IMG/VR virus record: IMGVR_UViG_3300021133_000001
Coordinates: 32,001 to 96,000 of that record
Origin: a virus
Lineage: Duplodnaviria > Caudoviricetes
Direction: 5' to 3' (one strand)
DNA: 64,000 nt
Positions 1 to 8,565 of this stretch are shown in pieces. Below the pieces are notes generated by a model that did not search any database, was not told the DNA's origin, and saw only the letters and a program-made list of their open reading frames with translations. The position numbers and the translations under genes are program-made. Numbering within the stretch: position 1 is the first letter of the stretch; each line of letters starts with the position of its first letter.

Positions 1-1261
1 TTACTAAGTCTAAATAGCCGTTATTATCAACATCAGCAACATCTACTGCTGCTACGTTTCTATATTGGTTGTTAGGGTAGTATGTTTGAGTAACATCATT
101 AAATGTACCGTCAGATTTACCTAAAAACACTCTTATAAATTGACCGCATGTGGTACTATTACCAAAGCAAATTACATCTTGTATACCGTCATTATTAAGA
201 TCTGCTACGATTATTTTAATTAAACCTATTTCATCTGGAGTAAAAACTATACCCGAATTAGATGAAACATCTGTAAAGGTATTATTACCGTTATTTTTAA
301 GAACTTGTACAGCGCATAATGGACCACCATATGTGTCCCACAAATTAGTTGCAACAAGCAAATCATGCCGACCGTTAATTGTTATAGGTGCTATATAATC
401 AGCCATAGAATTATCTCCTAAAATTCTAGGTGGTAAATAGTATCTATCTTTGTAATGACCCGTACCATCATTAATTAAAAGTATATTAGGATAATGAGTT
501 TTCCAGCCGTCATACCCACCCCCTAAAACAATATCAGGATAGCCGTCGTTATTAGCGTCGATAAATGCACCTGAGTTCCATCCCGCTTGTGGGTTATTTT
601 CAATATCACTTGGTAATCTACCCGGCGATTCAACAAGATGTCCTTTTTTATCGTTAATACATAAAACCGTTCCTTGGACAAGTCCGAAATTATTGAATAT
701 CATATTAACTTCTAAAAAATCCATATAACCATCTTTATCGATATCAGCTATAGCCGCGCTATGAGTGTAATTAGGTACAGAGGGTGTTAAGGTTGTATCC
801 CTCGTAACACCACCATACAGTGTTGGTTCAAGAACTTTACATACACTACCCGAAAAATCTCCTGTATCTATTCCTGCATCCTCAATAACTAACTCTTTTA
901 TACCGTTATTGTTAAAATCAGCTATTAAAGAATCGCCTGCTGAAGTAGTACTAATACCTGTAACAGTAGGATCTGTAACAGGGAGAAATGTACCGCCGAT
1001 ATTTTTAAAAGCTAAAACAGGAGCAGGTGTCCAAGTACTACCATTGCACCCCCACACAACCAATCCTGGATAGTTATCATTGCTATAATCAAATAATCTA
1101 CCTTGACAAATATACTTTAACTCTTGATTATGATAAGGTAAATTAATAGTAACAGTGCTTAAAACAATATTACTGGTAGTGGTTGACGGTTTAACAGTTC
1201 GTGCTAGTAATGCTTTAGCGCACAACATAGCTAGTACTATCGCTTTAATATAAGCTTTCAT
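1..1261 (-). CDS. Secreted FG-GAP/VCBS-repeat beta-propeller protein, partial (runs off window start; not in ORF track)
   Basis: Manual translation from ATG at 1261: signal-like MKAYIKAIVLAMLCAKALLA, then repeated Ca-binding motifs ADFNNNGIKEL, ADIDKDGYMDF, IDANNDGYPDIV, ADLNNDGIQDV, ADVDNNGYLDL; no stop before the window edge. Confidence 0.85.
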   Translation of the reverse strand, partial: MKAYIKAIVLAMLCAKALLARTVKPSTTTSNIVLSTVTINLPYHNQELKYICQGRLFDYSNDNYPGLVVWGCNGSTWTPAPVLAFKNIGGTFLPVTDPTVTGISTTSAGDSLIADFNNNGIKELVIEDAGIDTGDFSGSVCKVLEPTLYGGVTRDTTLTPSVPNYTHSAAIADIDKDGYMDFLEVNMIFNNFGLVQGTVLCINDKKGHLVESPGRLPSDIENNPQAGWNSGAFIDANNDGYPDIVLGGGYDGWKTHYPNILLINDGTGHYKDRYYLPPRILGDNSMADYIAPITINGRHDLLVATNLWDTYGGPLCAVQVLKNNGNNTFTDVSSNSGIVFTPDEIGLIKIIVADLNNDGIQDVICFGNSTTCGQFIRVFLGKSDGTFNDVTQTYYPNNQYRNVAAVDVADVDNNGYLDLV

Positions 1262-1294
1262 AATATAATTAACTATTGGATATAACTAAGAGAT

Positions 1295-1486
1295 TTATTC
1301 TTTATTCTTATTATAATCTTCAGGTAACTCTCCTAACATTTGAGAGTGATCAACAGCTTCCATATGCTTATCTTTTTTGGATTTCTTTTCAGTGGATTTC
1401 TTACCCCAGTTAATCTGATCGTAATTATCAGCGTACTTTGAATAAGGTACAGCTAATGGTCTTGGTTTATCGCCTTTTCCGTTCAT
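1295..1486 (-). CDS. Small phage hypothetical protein (GKGDKPRP motif)
   Basis: 63-aa ORF overlapping the upstream gene by 4 nt; N-terminus typical of small myophage proteins. Confidence 0.7.
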   Translation of the reverse strand: MNGKGDKPRPLAVPYSKYADNYDQINWGKKSTEKKSKKDKHMEAVDHSQMLGELPEDYNKNKE

Positions 1487-1683
1487 TTTTTAAGTTTACC
1501 TTTCAGTCTTTTATTCTCTTTAATTAAAAGTTCTATCTTATCTCCTAACAATTCAGCAGGTACTTCTTCATCAGCACCTAAACTTACTCGCACATTTGCA
1601 ATAATATCAGCTTGCTTGTTAGCAATTGTTTGATAGAACGCTAAACGCTCTTTCATTGTAAATTTTTTCTTTTTAATTGGCAT
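1483..1683 (-). CDS. Hypothetical protein
   Basis: 66-aa ORF in a tightly packed minus-strand run. Confidence 0.65.
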   Translation of the reverse strand: MPIKKKKFTMKERLAFYQTIANKQADIIANVRVSLGADEEVPAELLGDKIELLIKENKRLKGKLKK

Positions 1684-1686
1684 ATA

Positions 1687-2163
1687 TTATAATGTAAAAT
1701 ATTTTATGTCTAATTTAGAACAGTTAACCGCCCAGCTATCAGGAAATAAATCTAATGTGGTTTTTTTGTCCCAAAAACTTTGTTTTGAAATTTCACCTAT
1801 TATGTAAATTTTATTTTCCCATATACCTAGAAGTACAAACTTAGTTACCTTAGGGTTGCTGAACGAAAGACTATTTTTTTTAATTAAGAGGTCCAAGTAA
1901 GGAGGCTTACATTTATTATTAAGCTCTCTTGTCTTAACTTGAGCACCATCTAAAAAATCTATACCACCATCTCCTGTACCGCGATCGTAGCATTCGAAGT
2001 TAACTAACTGATTAGTAGCGAAGCCGTATGCGATTTCACCTTTAATACCTGTTATCCAGTTTTCTTTTTTGCCTCTTTTACCCTTTTTTTTCATTTCGAC
2101 AGCAAAATCTTCAGATTGATTACAATCTGCTTCTGTAAGTTGCTTAAGAGGTTTGAGTTTCAT
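1687..2163 (-). CDS. Putative PD-(D/E)XK restriction-endonuclease-fold protein
   Basis: GIKGEIAY...GDGGIDF...QVKT spacing fits an E-D-(Q/E)xK nuclease core. Confidence 0.5.
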   Translation of the reverse strand: MKLKPLKQLTEADCNQSEDFAVEMKKKGKRGKKENWITGIKGEIAYGFATNQLVNFECYDRGTGDGGIDFLDGAQVKTRELNNKCKPPYLDLLIKKNSLSFSNPKVTKFVLLGIWENKIYIIGEISKQSFWDKKTTLDLFPDSWAVNCSKLDIKYFTL

Positions 2164-2165
2164 TA

Positions 2166-2250
2166 TAAAATAAGTGGCCCCGTTTTTATTGCGGTGGTCG
2201 GCCGACCCACAAGTTGTCGTAGTCCTTTGACGTTATCTCCAGTCCAGATA
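2166..2250 (-). ncRNA. Candidate structured RNA or 5' leader, unclassified
   Basis: GC-rich non-coding island directly after a sigma70-type promoter; several hairpins, palindrome GGTCGGCCGACC and a possible GGCC/GGCC pseudoknot. Confidence 0.45.
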
Positions 2251-2255
2251 ATACA

Positions 2256-2287
2256 ATAGTAGGAACTTATCTTATAAAGTCAAGCTT
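2256..2287 (-). promoter_or_regulatory. Sigma70-type early promoter
   Basis: AAGC-TTGACT-16 nt-TACTAT on minus strand. Confidence 0.6.
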
Positions 2288-2402
2288 AATTATAGATAAA
2301 AGGATCTCTTTTACGGATCTCTTCTAACATCTTCTTATGCTTACGCTTCAATTCGCGTTTCTTAAAAAAATCTTTAACGTATTTGTATAATTTAGTAAAC
2401 AT
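2286..2402 (-). CDS. 38-aa basic micropeptide ending RDPFIYN (not in ORF track)
   Basis: Manual translation MFTKLYKYVKDFFKKRELKRKHKKMLEEIRKRDPFIYN; ATG 1 nt after the upstream stop. Confidence 0.65.
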   Translation of the reverse strand: MFTKLYKYVKDFFKKRELKRKHKKMLEEIRKRDPFIYN

Positions 2403-2403
2403 G

Positions 2404-2772
2404 TTATATTTTATGTGATAGGTAATATCCGAGTATATTTACGTTCTTTTCATTGTATGGCAATAGATCTCCGTATACCTTACCATGCTCATCAATCCAA
2501 TCTCTATCAAAACCTTCTTGCTCTAAACGTTTAGCTTCCCCCACTTTAAATACAGCTGCACGTGCAGTATTCTTCTTAAAGTCCGGCCACACAACTACAA
2601 TACCTATATCGGAAGTTATAATAGCAGACGAAGCTTCCTCTGTTTCAGCTATATTAGCTGCTGGAGCAAAGTCTAAATCCACCTCGATATCAAACTTAGA
2701 TTGCTTGACAGCATTGACTATGTCATTAGCATAGTCTTTTACTGCTTTATCTACTTTAAAGTTGTGCTTCAT
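2404..2772 (-). CDS. Hypothetical early protein
   Basis: 122-aa ORF with TTGAAT...TATAAT promoter just before the ATG. Confidence 0.7.
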   Translation of the reverse strand: MKHNFKVDKAVKDYANDIVNAVKQSKFDIEVDLDFAPAANIAETEEASSAIITSDIGIVVVWPDFKKNTARAAVFKVGEAKRLEQEGFDRDWIDEHGKVYGDLLPYNEKNVNILGYYLSHKI

Positions 2773-2807
2773 TACATTATTATAACGTTTAATTATATTT
2801 ATTCAAT

Positions 2808-2835
2808 AAAAAAAGCCTGTATTGCTACAGGCTTT
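2808..2835 (-). terminator. Intrinsic terminator after autotransporter
   Basis: AAAGCCTGTA-GCAA-TACAGGCTTT followed by T-run. Confidence 0.85.
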
Positions 2836-2855
2836 GTTGTAATATGTAAGTTGGA

Positions 2856-5189
2856 TTAGAACTTGAATGTGACGTCAGCTGTTAGGTTAGTATCAGTTAA
2901 CGTTGCTTGCTTTTGTTGACCAGCACCAATAGTACCGGAAATGTACTTTGTTGGAGTAGCTTGCAAGTTAAGCTTGTATGTTGTAATGCCATCAATACCC
3001 TTTGACTTAGTAGGTGTTAAGTAACCACCTTCAGCAATAACTCTGAAAGCATCCCCGAACTGATAGTCAAAGCGTAAGCCACCTTCTGCTGCAGCACGAG
3101 TTACCTTAGCAGCATCAAATGATTGAGCAGTATAAGCATCGCCTGTTTCAGTAATAGCATCAAGTGAGCTTGTTTCGAAACGACCACCAATGAAAGGAGC
3201 GAAACCAAAGTAACTCTTTGAATATAAACGCTCATTTAACCAGATGTCTTTACCATTACCCTTACCGGCATTAGCATAGTTTAGAGCAGCTAATGTATGA
3301 GTATTAGCAAAACGGTCATAAGCAAAACCAAGATCAGACTTTAATACTAATAGATTGTTAAACGTGGTTAAGTTATATAGACCTAAGTGATGCTTTTGTA
3401 ATGTACCAGTAGCTTGATCCCCGTTAATATTAGCATTAACAAAGTCATACTTTATACCGAATAGAACATCGGCTGTAACAAATGATTCAGCACCGATAGT
3501 AAATGTATTGCTTGAAGTTTTATACGTATCAGTCGTATTGCTACTTGTACGTGTATATGTTAAATAAGAGTTCCAACCATCATCTTTATTAGCATTCCAA
3601 GTACCGCCATAGTTGCGATCTAATGGATTAGAATCAACGAGCATATTATAACGACGGCTTGCAGCCTGTAGGTATGAATATTGATCGATACGAGTACCGT
3701 AATTAGCTACAGAACTTGTTACTGCTGTTGTGTTACCAGTAGTAACAATTTTAGCAGTTGATACTGAAGTATTTTCTGTAACTACTGGAGCACTATATGT
3801 TACTAATGTTGGTGTAGTGCCATCAGCATATACTGTAGTAGTAACAGCTGTATTAGTAGTAACATTAGTTACAGGTGTAACTGTTGTAGCAGTAGTTATT
3901 ACTGGTGTAACAGTAGTAACTGTAGTCGTCTTAGCGATGTTTAACACTTTAGTATCAGCTGACTTTGCTTTAGCTTGTGAATAAGCAGTGGTTGAAGCAG
4001 CTGTACCATTTACACTTGCATATGTGGTTGTTGGATTACCAAATACTGTTTGACTAGCAACGTTCTGGGTTGTTGTAGCTGTGCTGTATAAAGCATTAGC
4101 TGTTGTAACAACTGCATTGTTAACTACATTATCTGTAGTTGTTGGTGCACCGTAATATGTACTAATAAGATTACCATTAGCATCTTTAGTAACTGTAACA
4201 GGTGTAACTGTTGTAGCTGTATCTACTGGGGTAGTAGTTGTTGTAGTTGTTAGCTTATAAGTCTTAACTACTGGATTGTTACTTGCATCAACACTATTAG
4301 CAGTTGAATAAGCAATAGTAGCACCAACTACCGCGGTACCGTTTTTAGTAACTGTAGATGTTTGATTGGATGTAGTAGCTACTGTATAAAGAGAAGAGCT
4401 ATTAGCTGTTGAAACTGCAAATGATACATTTGTATTAGATGTTGGTGTACCATATACTGTACTAATAGTATTACCTGTACTATCTGCAATAACAGTCATC
4501 GGCGTCGTCACTGTAGTAGTAGCAACTGGAACTGTTGTAGTTGTTAATACGTTTAAGTTAGTAGTAACAATAGTTGAACCACCACTTGTAGTAGTAACAG
4601 GGGCATATGAATTAGCTAATGTTACGATAGGTGTTCCGTTTGATGTAGTTACAGCTACTGCATTAGTCGTAGTAGCAACTGTAGAAGGTGTTACTGCTGG
4701 TGTGGTAGTTACGACAGCGTTACCTGTTACAGATGTTGTTGCTCCGTTAACAGTTGTCCAGGTTGTCGGTGTAATTGTTGTTACTGTATCAAGATATGTT
4801 GTAGCAATAGTAGCACCATTAGCTGTTGATGTAACAGTGCGAGGTGCTGTTGATGTTGTAGTAACATTACCTGTTGTGACAGTCTGTACTGGTACTGTAC
4901 CATGGTTTACAGTGACAACTGGCGAGCCGTTTGTTGTTACTGAACTATTATCACTATATAAAGTGACTGTAGTAGGGATTGTCGTGGTAGTTGTATTAAC
5001 ATATGTATTATCAATAGAGAAACCGTAAGCGTTAGTTGCAACTACATCTACTGGAGTAGTTGTTACGGTTACTATTGGAGTGCCGTTTGTTGTACTAACA
5101 ACTGTTGGTGAGCCACCGCCCGCCATAAGTGAAGTACTAACTGCAAACGTCAATATAGTTAATGCGATTAGTTTTAGGATTTGTTTCAT
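2856..5189 (-). CDS. Autotransporter (type Va-like) outer-membrane protein with Thr/Val-rich passenger
   Basis: Start re-assigned to MKQILK (ATG 5189): Sec signal peptide, about 480 aa of T/V-rich repeats (SNGTPIVT, TTTTxPV), amphipathic beta-strand C-terminal domain ending VTFKF. Confidence 0.75.
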   Translation of the reverse strand: MKQILKLIALTILTFAVSTSLMAGGGSPTVVSTTNGTPIVTVTTTPVDVVATNAYGFSIDNTYVNTTTTTIPTTVTLYSDNSSVTTNGSPVVTVNHGTVPVQTVTTGNVTTTSTAPRTVTSTANGATIATTYLDTVTTITPTTWTTVNGATTSVTGNAVVTTTPAVTPSTVATTTNAVAVTTSNGTPIVTLANSYAPVTTTSGGSTIVTTNLNVLTTTTVPVATTTVTTPMTVIADSTGNTISTVYGTPTSNTNVSFAVSTANSSSLYTVATTSNQTSTVTKNGTAVVGATIAYSTANSVDASNNPVVKTYKLTTTTTTTPVDTATTVTPVTVTKDANGNLISTYYGAPTTTDNVVNNAVVTTANALYSTATTTQNVASQTVFGNPTTTYASVNGTAASTTAYSQAKAKSADTKVLNIAKTTTVTTVTPVITTATTVTPVTNVTTNTAVTTTVYADGTTPTLVTYSAPVVTENTSVSTAKIVTTGNTTAVTSSVANYGTRIDQYSYLQAASRRYNMLVDSNPLDRNYGGTWNANKDDGWNSYLTYTRTSSNTTDTYKTSSNTFTIGAESFVTADVLFGIKYDFVNANINGDQATGTLQKHHLGLYNLTTFNNLLVLKSDLGFAYDRFANTHTLAALNYANAGKGNGKDIWLNERLYSKSYFGFAPFIGGRFETSSLDAITETGDAYTAQSFDAAKVTRAAAEGGLRFDYQFGDAFRVIAEGGYLTPTKSKGIDGITTYKLNLQATPTKYISGTIGAGQQKQATLTDTNLTADVTFKF

Positions 5190-5196
5190 ACTCGTA

Positions 5197-5204
5197 TATT
5201 TATA
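5197..5204 (-). promoter_or_regulatory. T4-type late promoter TATAAATA
   Basis: Exact TATAAATA 7 nt before the autotransporter ATG. Confidence 0.75.
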
Positions 5205-5259
5205 AGCTCTTCTGAGAATATCTCCACTGTTAAGTTTAACTCTTTGGCAACAACAAGAT

Positions 5260-5288
5260 AAAAAAAGAGCTCCATTTCTGAAGCTCTT
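5260..5288 (-). terminator. Intrinsic terminator
   Basis: GAGCTTCA-GAAA-TGGAGCTC then T-run; sits just after the -1-frame stop at 5294. Confidence 0.85.
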
Positions 5289-5328
5289 GAATATTAAAAC
5301 TTCCAACCTTTAACTGTGAAGTTCGAAA

Positions 5329-5380
5329 CCCAGCGTACCGCGCTTGTTGCTAAACGGGTTACGCTGGTTGTTATTTTCCC
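5329..5380 (-). promoter_or_regulatory. Candidate programmed -1 ribosomal frameshift signal
   Basis: In-frame slippery heptamer G GGA AAA (5380-5374), 6-nt spacer, then a long GC-rich stem CCAGCGTA...TACGCTGG. Confidence 0.65.
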
Positions 5381-6435
5381 AGCGTACCGAGTTGTGTTTC
5401 TACTGCAGTTAAACGATCCGCAATAGCATCAAGTGCTGGATCAGCTTGTACTGCATCAGCAACTTGTGCAACAACAGCAGGAGCAACTGTATCAACACCA
5501 GTAGCAGAAGCAACAACATTAGCAACAGCAGCTGTTACTTGGTCTTGTACTGCTGCAGCAGGAGCAGGTAGTGCAGCAACTGCATCAGTAATAGCAGCTG
5601 TTACAGCAACTGGATCAGTTACAGTAGCAGGGTCTGCATTAACAACAGCAGCAACAGCTGTCGATACAGCAGCAACAACATCAGGATGATCTGCTGCAGG
5701 TGCTTGTGCAACATCAGCAACAACGTTAGTTATAACAGTTGCAGCAGCAGGAACATCTGCGCTTGGGCTATCTGCTACTACGCTTGCAGCAACTGCTTGA
5801 GCTGTAGCTTCTGGTACTGGATCAGCTGCAACGATATCTGCAACTGTATTAGTTATTGGGCAAGCAGCAACTGCGTCAGCAACAGCGGCTGTAGTAGCAT
5901 CGCTTGGAGCTGTGCCTGTAGCAGCTGTAACAATAGCAGCAACAGCATCAGTAGCAGCTTGAGCTTGAACAGGATCTGTAATAGCAGGAGCAGCAGCAAC
6001 TGCATCAGTAATAGCTGCTGTAACTGCTACTGGATCTTGTACTGTAGCAGGATCAGCTGTAACTACAGCAGTAACTGCGGCACCAACAGCTGCAGCAACG
6101 TCTGGGTTAGCAACAGCAGGTGCAGCGGCTTGAGCAGCAACTACATCTGATACAATATCAGCAGCAGCAGGTACTGCAGCAGATGGACTTAAAGCGACGA
6201 CAGCATCAACTGGAGCTGGTGCTTGGGTAGCTGGAGCAACTACAATAGCAGCAACTGCATCAGCAGCTGGTTTTGTGACGAGATCGTTTACTGTTTTTTC
6301 AACAATAGTAAGACGAGTATCTAGTTCTTGGATGCTAGCAGCATCAACGCCAGGAGCCTGTAGGCCTGCCAGCGTGGTTAATTTGGTTTCTACCGCAGTT
6401 AAACGTGCGGCTAAGGATTCAATTGTGTTTGCCAT
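5371..6435 (-). CDS. Ala/Val/Asp/Pro-rich protein with terminal coiled-coil motifs; probable -1 frameshift isoform ending at 5294
   Basis: RLTAVET motif at both termini, two internal repeats of about 100 aa, no aromatic residues; TAAATA late-type promoter upstream. Confidence 0.8.
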   Translation of the reverse strand: MANTIESLAARLTAVETKLTTLAGLQAPGVDAASIQELDTRLTIVEKTVNDLVTKPAADAVAAIVVAPATQAPAPVDAVVALSPSAAVPAAADIVSDVVAAQAAAPAVANPDVAAAVGAAVTAVVTADPATVQDPVAVTAAITDAVAAAPAITDPVQAQAATDAVAAIVTAATGTAPSDATTAAVADAVAACPITNTVADIVAADPVPEATAQAVAASVVADSPSADVPAAATVITNVVADVAQAPAADHPDVVAAVSTAVAAVVNADPATVTDPVAVTAAITDAVAALPAPAAAVQDQVTAAVANVVASATGVDTVAPAVVAQVADAVQADPALDAIADRLTAVETQLGTLGK

Positions 6436-6456
6436 AGGTTCAAATAATATTTACAC

Positions 6457-6485
6457 AAAAAAAAGCTCCGAGGGTGTCGGAACTT
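6457..6485 (-). terminator. Intrinsic terminator ending the glycan cluster
   Basis: AAGTTCCGA-CACCC-TCGGAGCTT followed by T-run. Confidence 0.75.
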
Positions 6486-6540
6486 AAAAAAACTTAAACT
6501 ATTTTGCAAGGTTAATTTTTTTCACCTCCACCATTTACCA

Positions 6541-7299
6541 TTAGCGGTAAAACTTTGGCATTTGACGGTTACCATCCCAGTTTTCGCCCCACACAGGTGC
6601 ACGAGAACAGATATGATAAACGAAAGTAGCAGGTAGTAAGCGTCTCTTACTTTCAGGCCAGAGAGCTGAAAACATTGTATCGTCGTGAGCAGCTGAACCT
6701 AATGAGTAAGGATAGCTTTTCTGACAGCTTGCGTTCCATAATTGGAAATAACCGAGAGGTAGATAACCGTTTAATTGACTTACAAAGCGATGACCTACTT
6801 TACGGTCGATTTTTGGACCAGCTAAAAAAGTATGTTGATGTGAATCACCATCTAGTACTTGTTGTAATTCGTCTTTACCGATTACATCTATACGATCTGC
6901 ACCATATAAACAGGTACGATCGAGGTGCGTATGATTAAATAACATTCTCTTAAAGTTTTCAGGTAGAAGAATATCTGTATCTAAATGTAAGCGCCAACCG
7001 TGATACTGAAAATAATTCATGCCAGCATTAATAGCAGCTCCCTTATTAAAGTTACGGCCATTTTTTTGAAACAAATCTGTTGGTACGCAAATTGCACCGT
7101 GTTTGCGGCAGACGTTTTGGGTATCATAATCATCGTGAGCAGTCACAACAATAAATGTATCAGTCTGTTCAATATTTTCGTCAAGTGTAACATCAAGAAG
7201 GTCAGCAAAGCCAACCGACGTAGTGACCACTTCTAAACGAGTAGAATCTTGGTCGTATAAACTGGAATTACCAGTTGGATTATAATAGTAAGAGCTCAT
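6541..7299 (-). CDS. GT-A fold glycosyltransferase-like protein
   Basis: FNKGAAINAG, HLDTDILL (DxD), GYFQLW, AAHDDTMF motifs. Confidence 0.7.
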   Translation of the reverse strand: MSSYYYNPTGNSSLYDQDSTRLEVVTTSVGFADLLDVTLDENIEQTDTFIVVTAHDDYDTQNVCRKHGAICVPTDLFQKNGRNFNKGAAINAGMNYFQYHGWRLHLDTDILLPENFKRMLFNHTHLDRTCLYGADRIDVIGKDELQQVLDGDSHQHTFLAGPKIDRKVGHRFVSQLNGYLPLGYFQLWNASCQKSYPYSLGSAAHDDTMFSALWPESKRRLLPATFVYHICSRAPVWGENWDGNRQMPKFYR

Positions 7300-7342
7300 A
7301 TATAGGAAATATTTATTAAACTTATAAAAAAAATAAATAATT

Positions 7343-7564
7343 CTACTTTATTTCTTTATTGTTATCTAACAATTTTTCAGTCTTCTCTAATATAGGACGT
7401 AAATAGTTTACTGTGAAGTACTCAGCTTCTTCGTTGCTACCTGCATATGCAACAACTTTAGCAACTTCACTAAGTTGGCGTAAGTTAAAATAAAGTTCGT
7501 CATTAGGGATGTGTTTAATGCGTTTCATAGTACCTATTATCGGTACTTTACACATAAACATCAA
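7343..7564 (-). CDS. Hypothetical protein (start uncertain)
   Basis: ORF overlapping the glf stop by 4 nt. Confidence 0.55.
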   Translation of the reverse strand: MMFMCKVPIIGTMKRIKHIPNDELYFNLRQLSEVAKVVAYAGSNEEAEYFTVNYLRPILEKTEKLLDNNKEIK

Positions 7565-8565
7565 GCTTTATTTTTAAGATAAGCTTCTATTTTTAGCATT
7601 GATTGCTTGACTGCCATCCACATATCAAGATAGGTGTATGTTGCTAATCTACCTGTAAAAATAACGTTATCTTCTACATCTGCAAGCTTTTTATATTTTG
7701 CATACAACTCCCCACCAGGTCCAAACGGCATCGGATAAAAAGGTATATTACTTTCATTGTGCTCAATGGATCGCTCGGAAGTAATAATCGTAGGTCCTTT
7801 ATGATTAACTGTAAAGTAGCTATGATCATACATTCTAGTAAACTGAACGTCCGCAGTATTAAAGTTAGTAACACAATTATTTAACCTTTTATACGAAAAC
7901 TGATGTATAAATTCCAACGATCTATATGGTAATCTACCGAACTTATAACCGTAAAACTCATCTATCTTACCTGTATAAACTGTAAGATCTGCTTTCTTAG
8001 TCATCCAAGTATACTGACTAACACCTAAATGTACTTTGATACCTTTAAGCATCTTTTCAAACATCTTTGTATACCCTTCTGCTGGCATGCATTGATACTT
8101 TTGACCTTCATACCAAGTAGGGTCTTCACAGTCTTTAGTTTTAGGTACCCTATTAGTAATTGATTTAGGTATTTGATCGAATGGAACACCCCATTGCTTT
8201 TCAGAATAGTCTTTAAAGATGTATTTTATTATTTCTTCTTGAGTCAACTCTCTACCAATATCTTTTACTGTCTTTTTGCTGTATGGTAAAGATATGGTAC
8301 CTAGCTCAGTTACACCTTTAGGTTTATTATCAAATGGAAACCATTCTGTGTATCTACTTAAGAACAAATACACTTCTTCATCGTCAGTATGAAAGAAGTG
8401 AGGGCCATAGCTATGTACTAAGGTACCGGCTACGTTAGAATCATAGCAATTACCACCAATGTGGTTACGTGTTTCATATATATCTACCTTATAACCGGCT
8501 TCTTTTAATAAAATAGCAGCAGTTACACCAGATAACCCACATCCAACTATCTTAGCAGTTTTCAT
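7561..8565 (-). CDS. glf: UDP-galactopyranose mutase
   Basis: GCGLSG FAD motif, HIGGNCYD, HSYGPHFFHT, YSEKQWG, LPYRSL, PFYP, GRLATYTYLDM. Confidence 0.93.
   Translation of the reverse strand: MKTAKIVGCGLSGVTAAILLKEAGYKVDIYETRNHIGGNCYDSNVAGTLVHSYGPHFFHTDDEEVYLFLSRYTEWFPFDNKPKGVTELGTISLPYSKKTVKDIGRELTQEEIIKYIFKDYSEKQWGVPFDQIPKSITNRVPKTKDCEDPTWYEGQKYQCMPAEGYTKMFEKMLKGIKVHLGVSQYTWMTKKADLTVYTGKIDEFYGYKFGRLPYRSLEFIHQFSYKRLNNCVTNFNTADVQFTRMYDHSYFTVNHKGPTIITSERSIEHNESNIPFYPMPFGPGGELYAKYKKLADVEDNVIFTGRLATYTYLDMWMAVKQSMLKIEAYLKNKA

Noticed and set aside
2166-2250. ZTP or fluoride riboswitch, or hammerhead/pistol/HDV ribozyme
   Set aside because: Only fragmentary resemblance; required conserved cores and pseudoknot partners are missing by eye.
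5190-5306. 39-aa N-terminal extension of the autotransporter ORF (TTG start at 5306)
   Set aside because: It spans a terminator and the late promoter; the signal peptide begins at ATG 5189.
5306-5389. T4 gene 60-like translational bypass, or fusion of the Ala-rich ORF to the autotransporter
   Set aside because: The repeated 12-mer lands in the +1 frame, which stops after GTLGFELHS, and a terminator follows; the -1 frameshift fits better.
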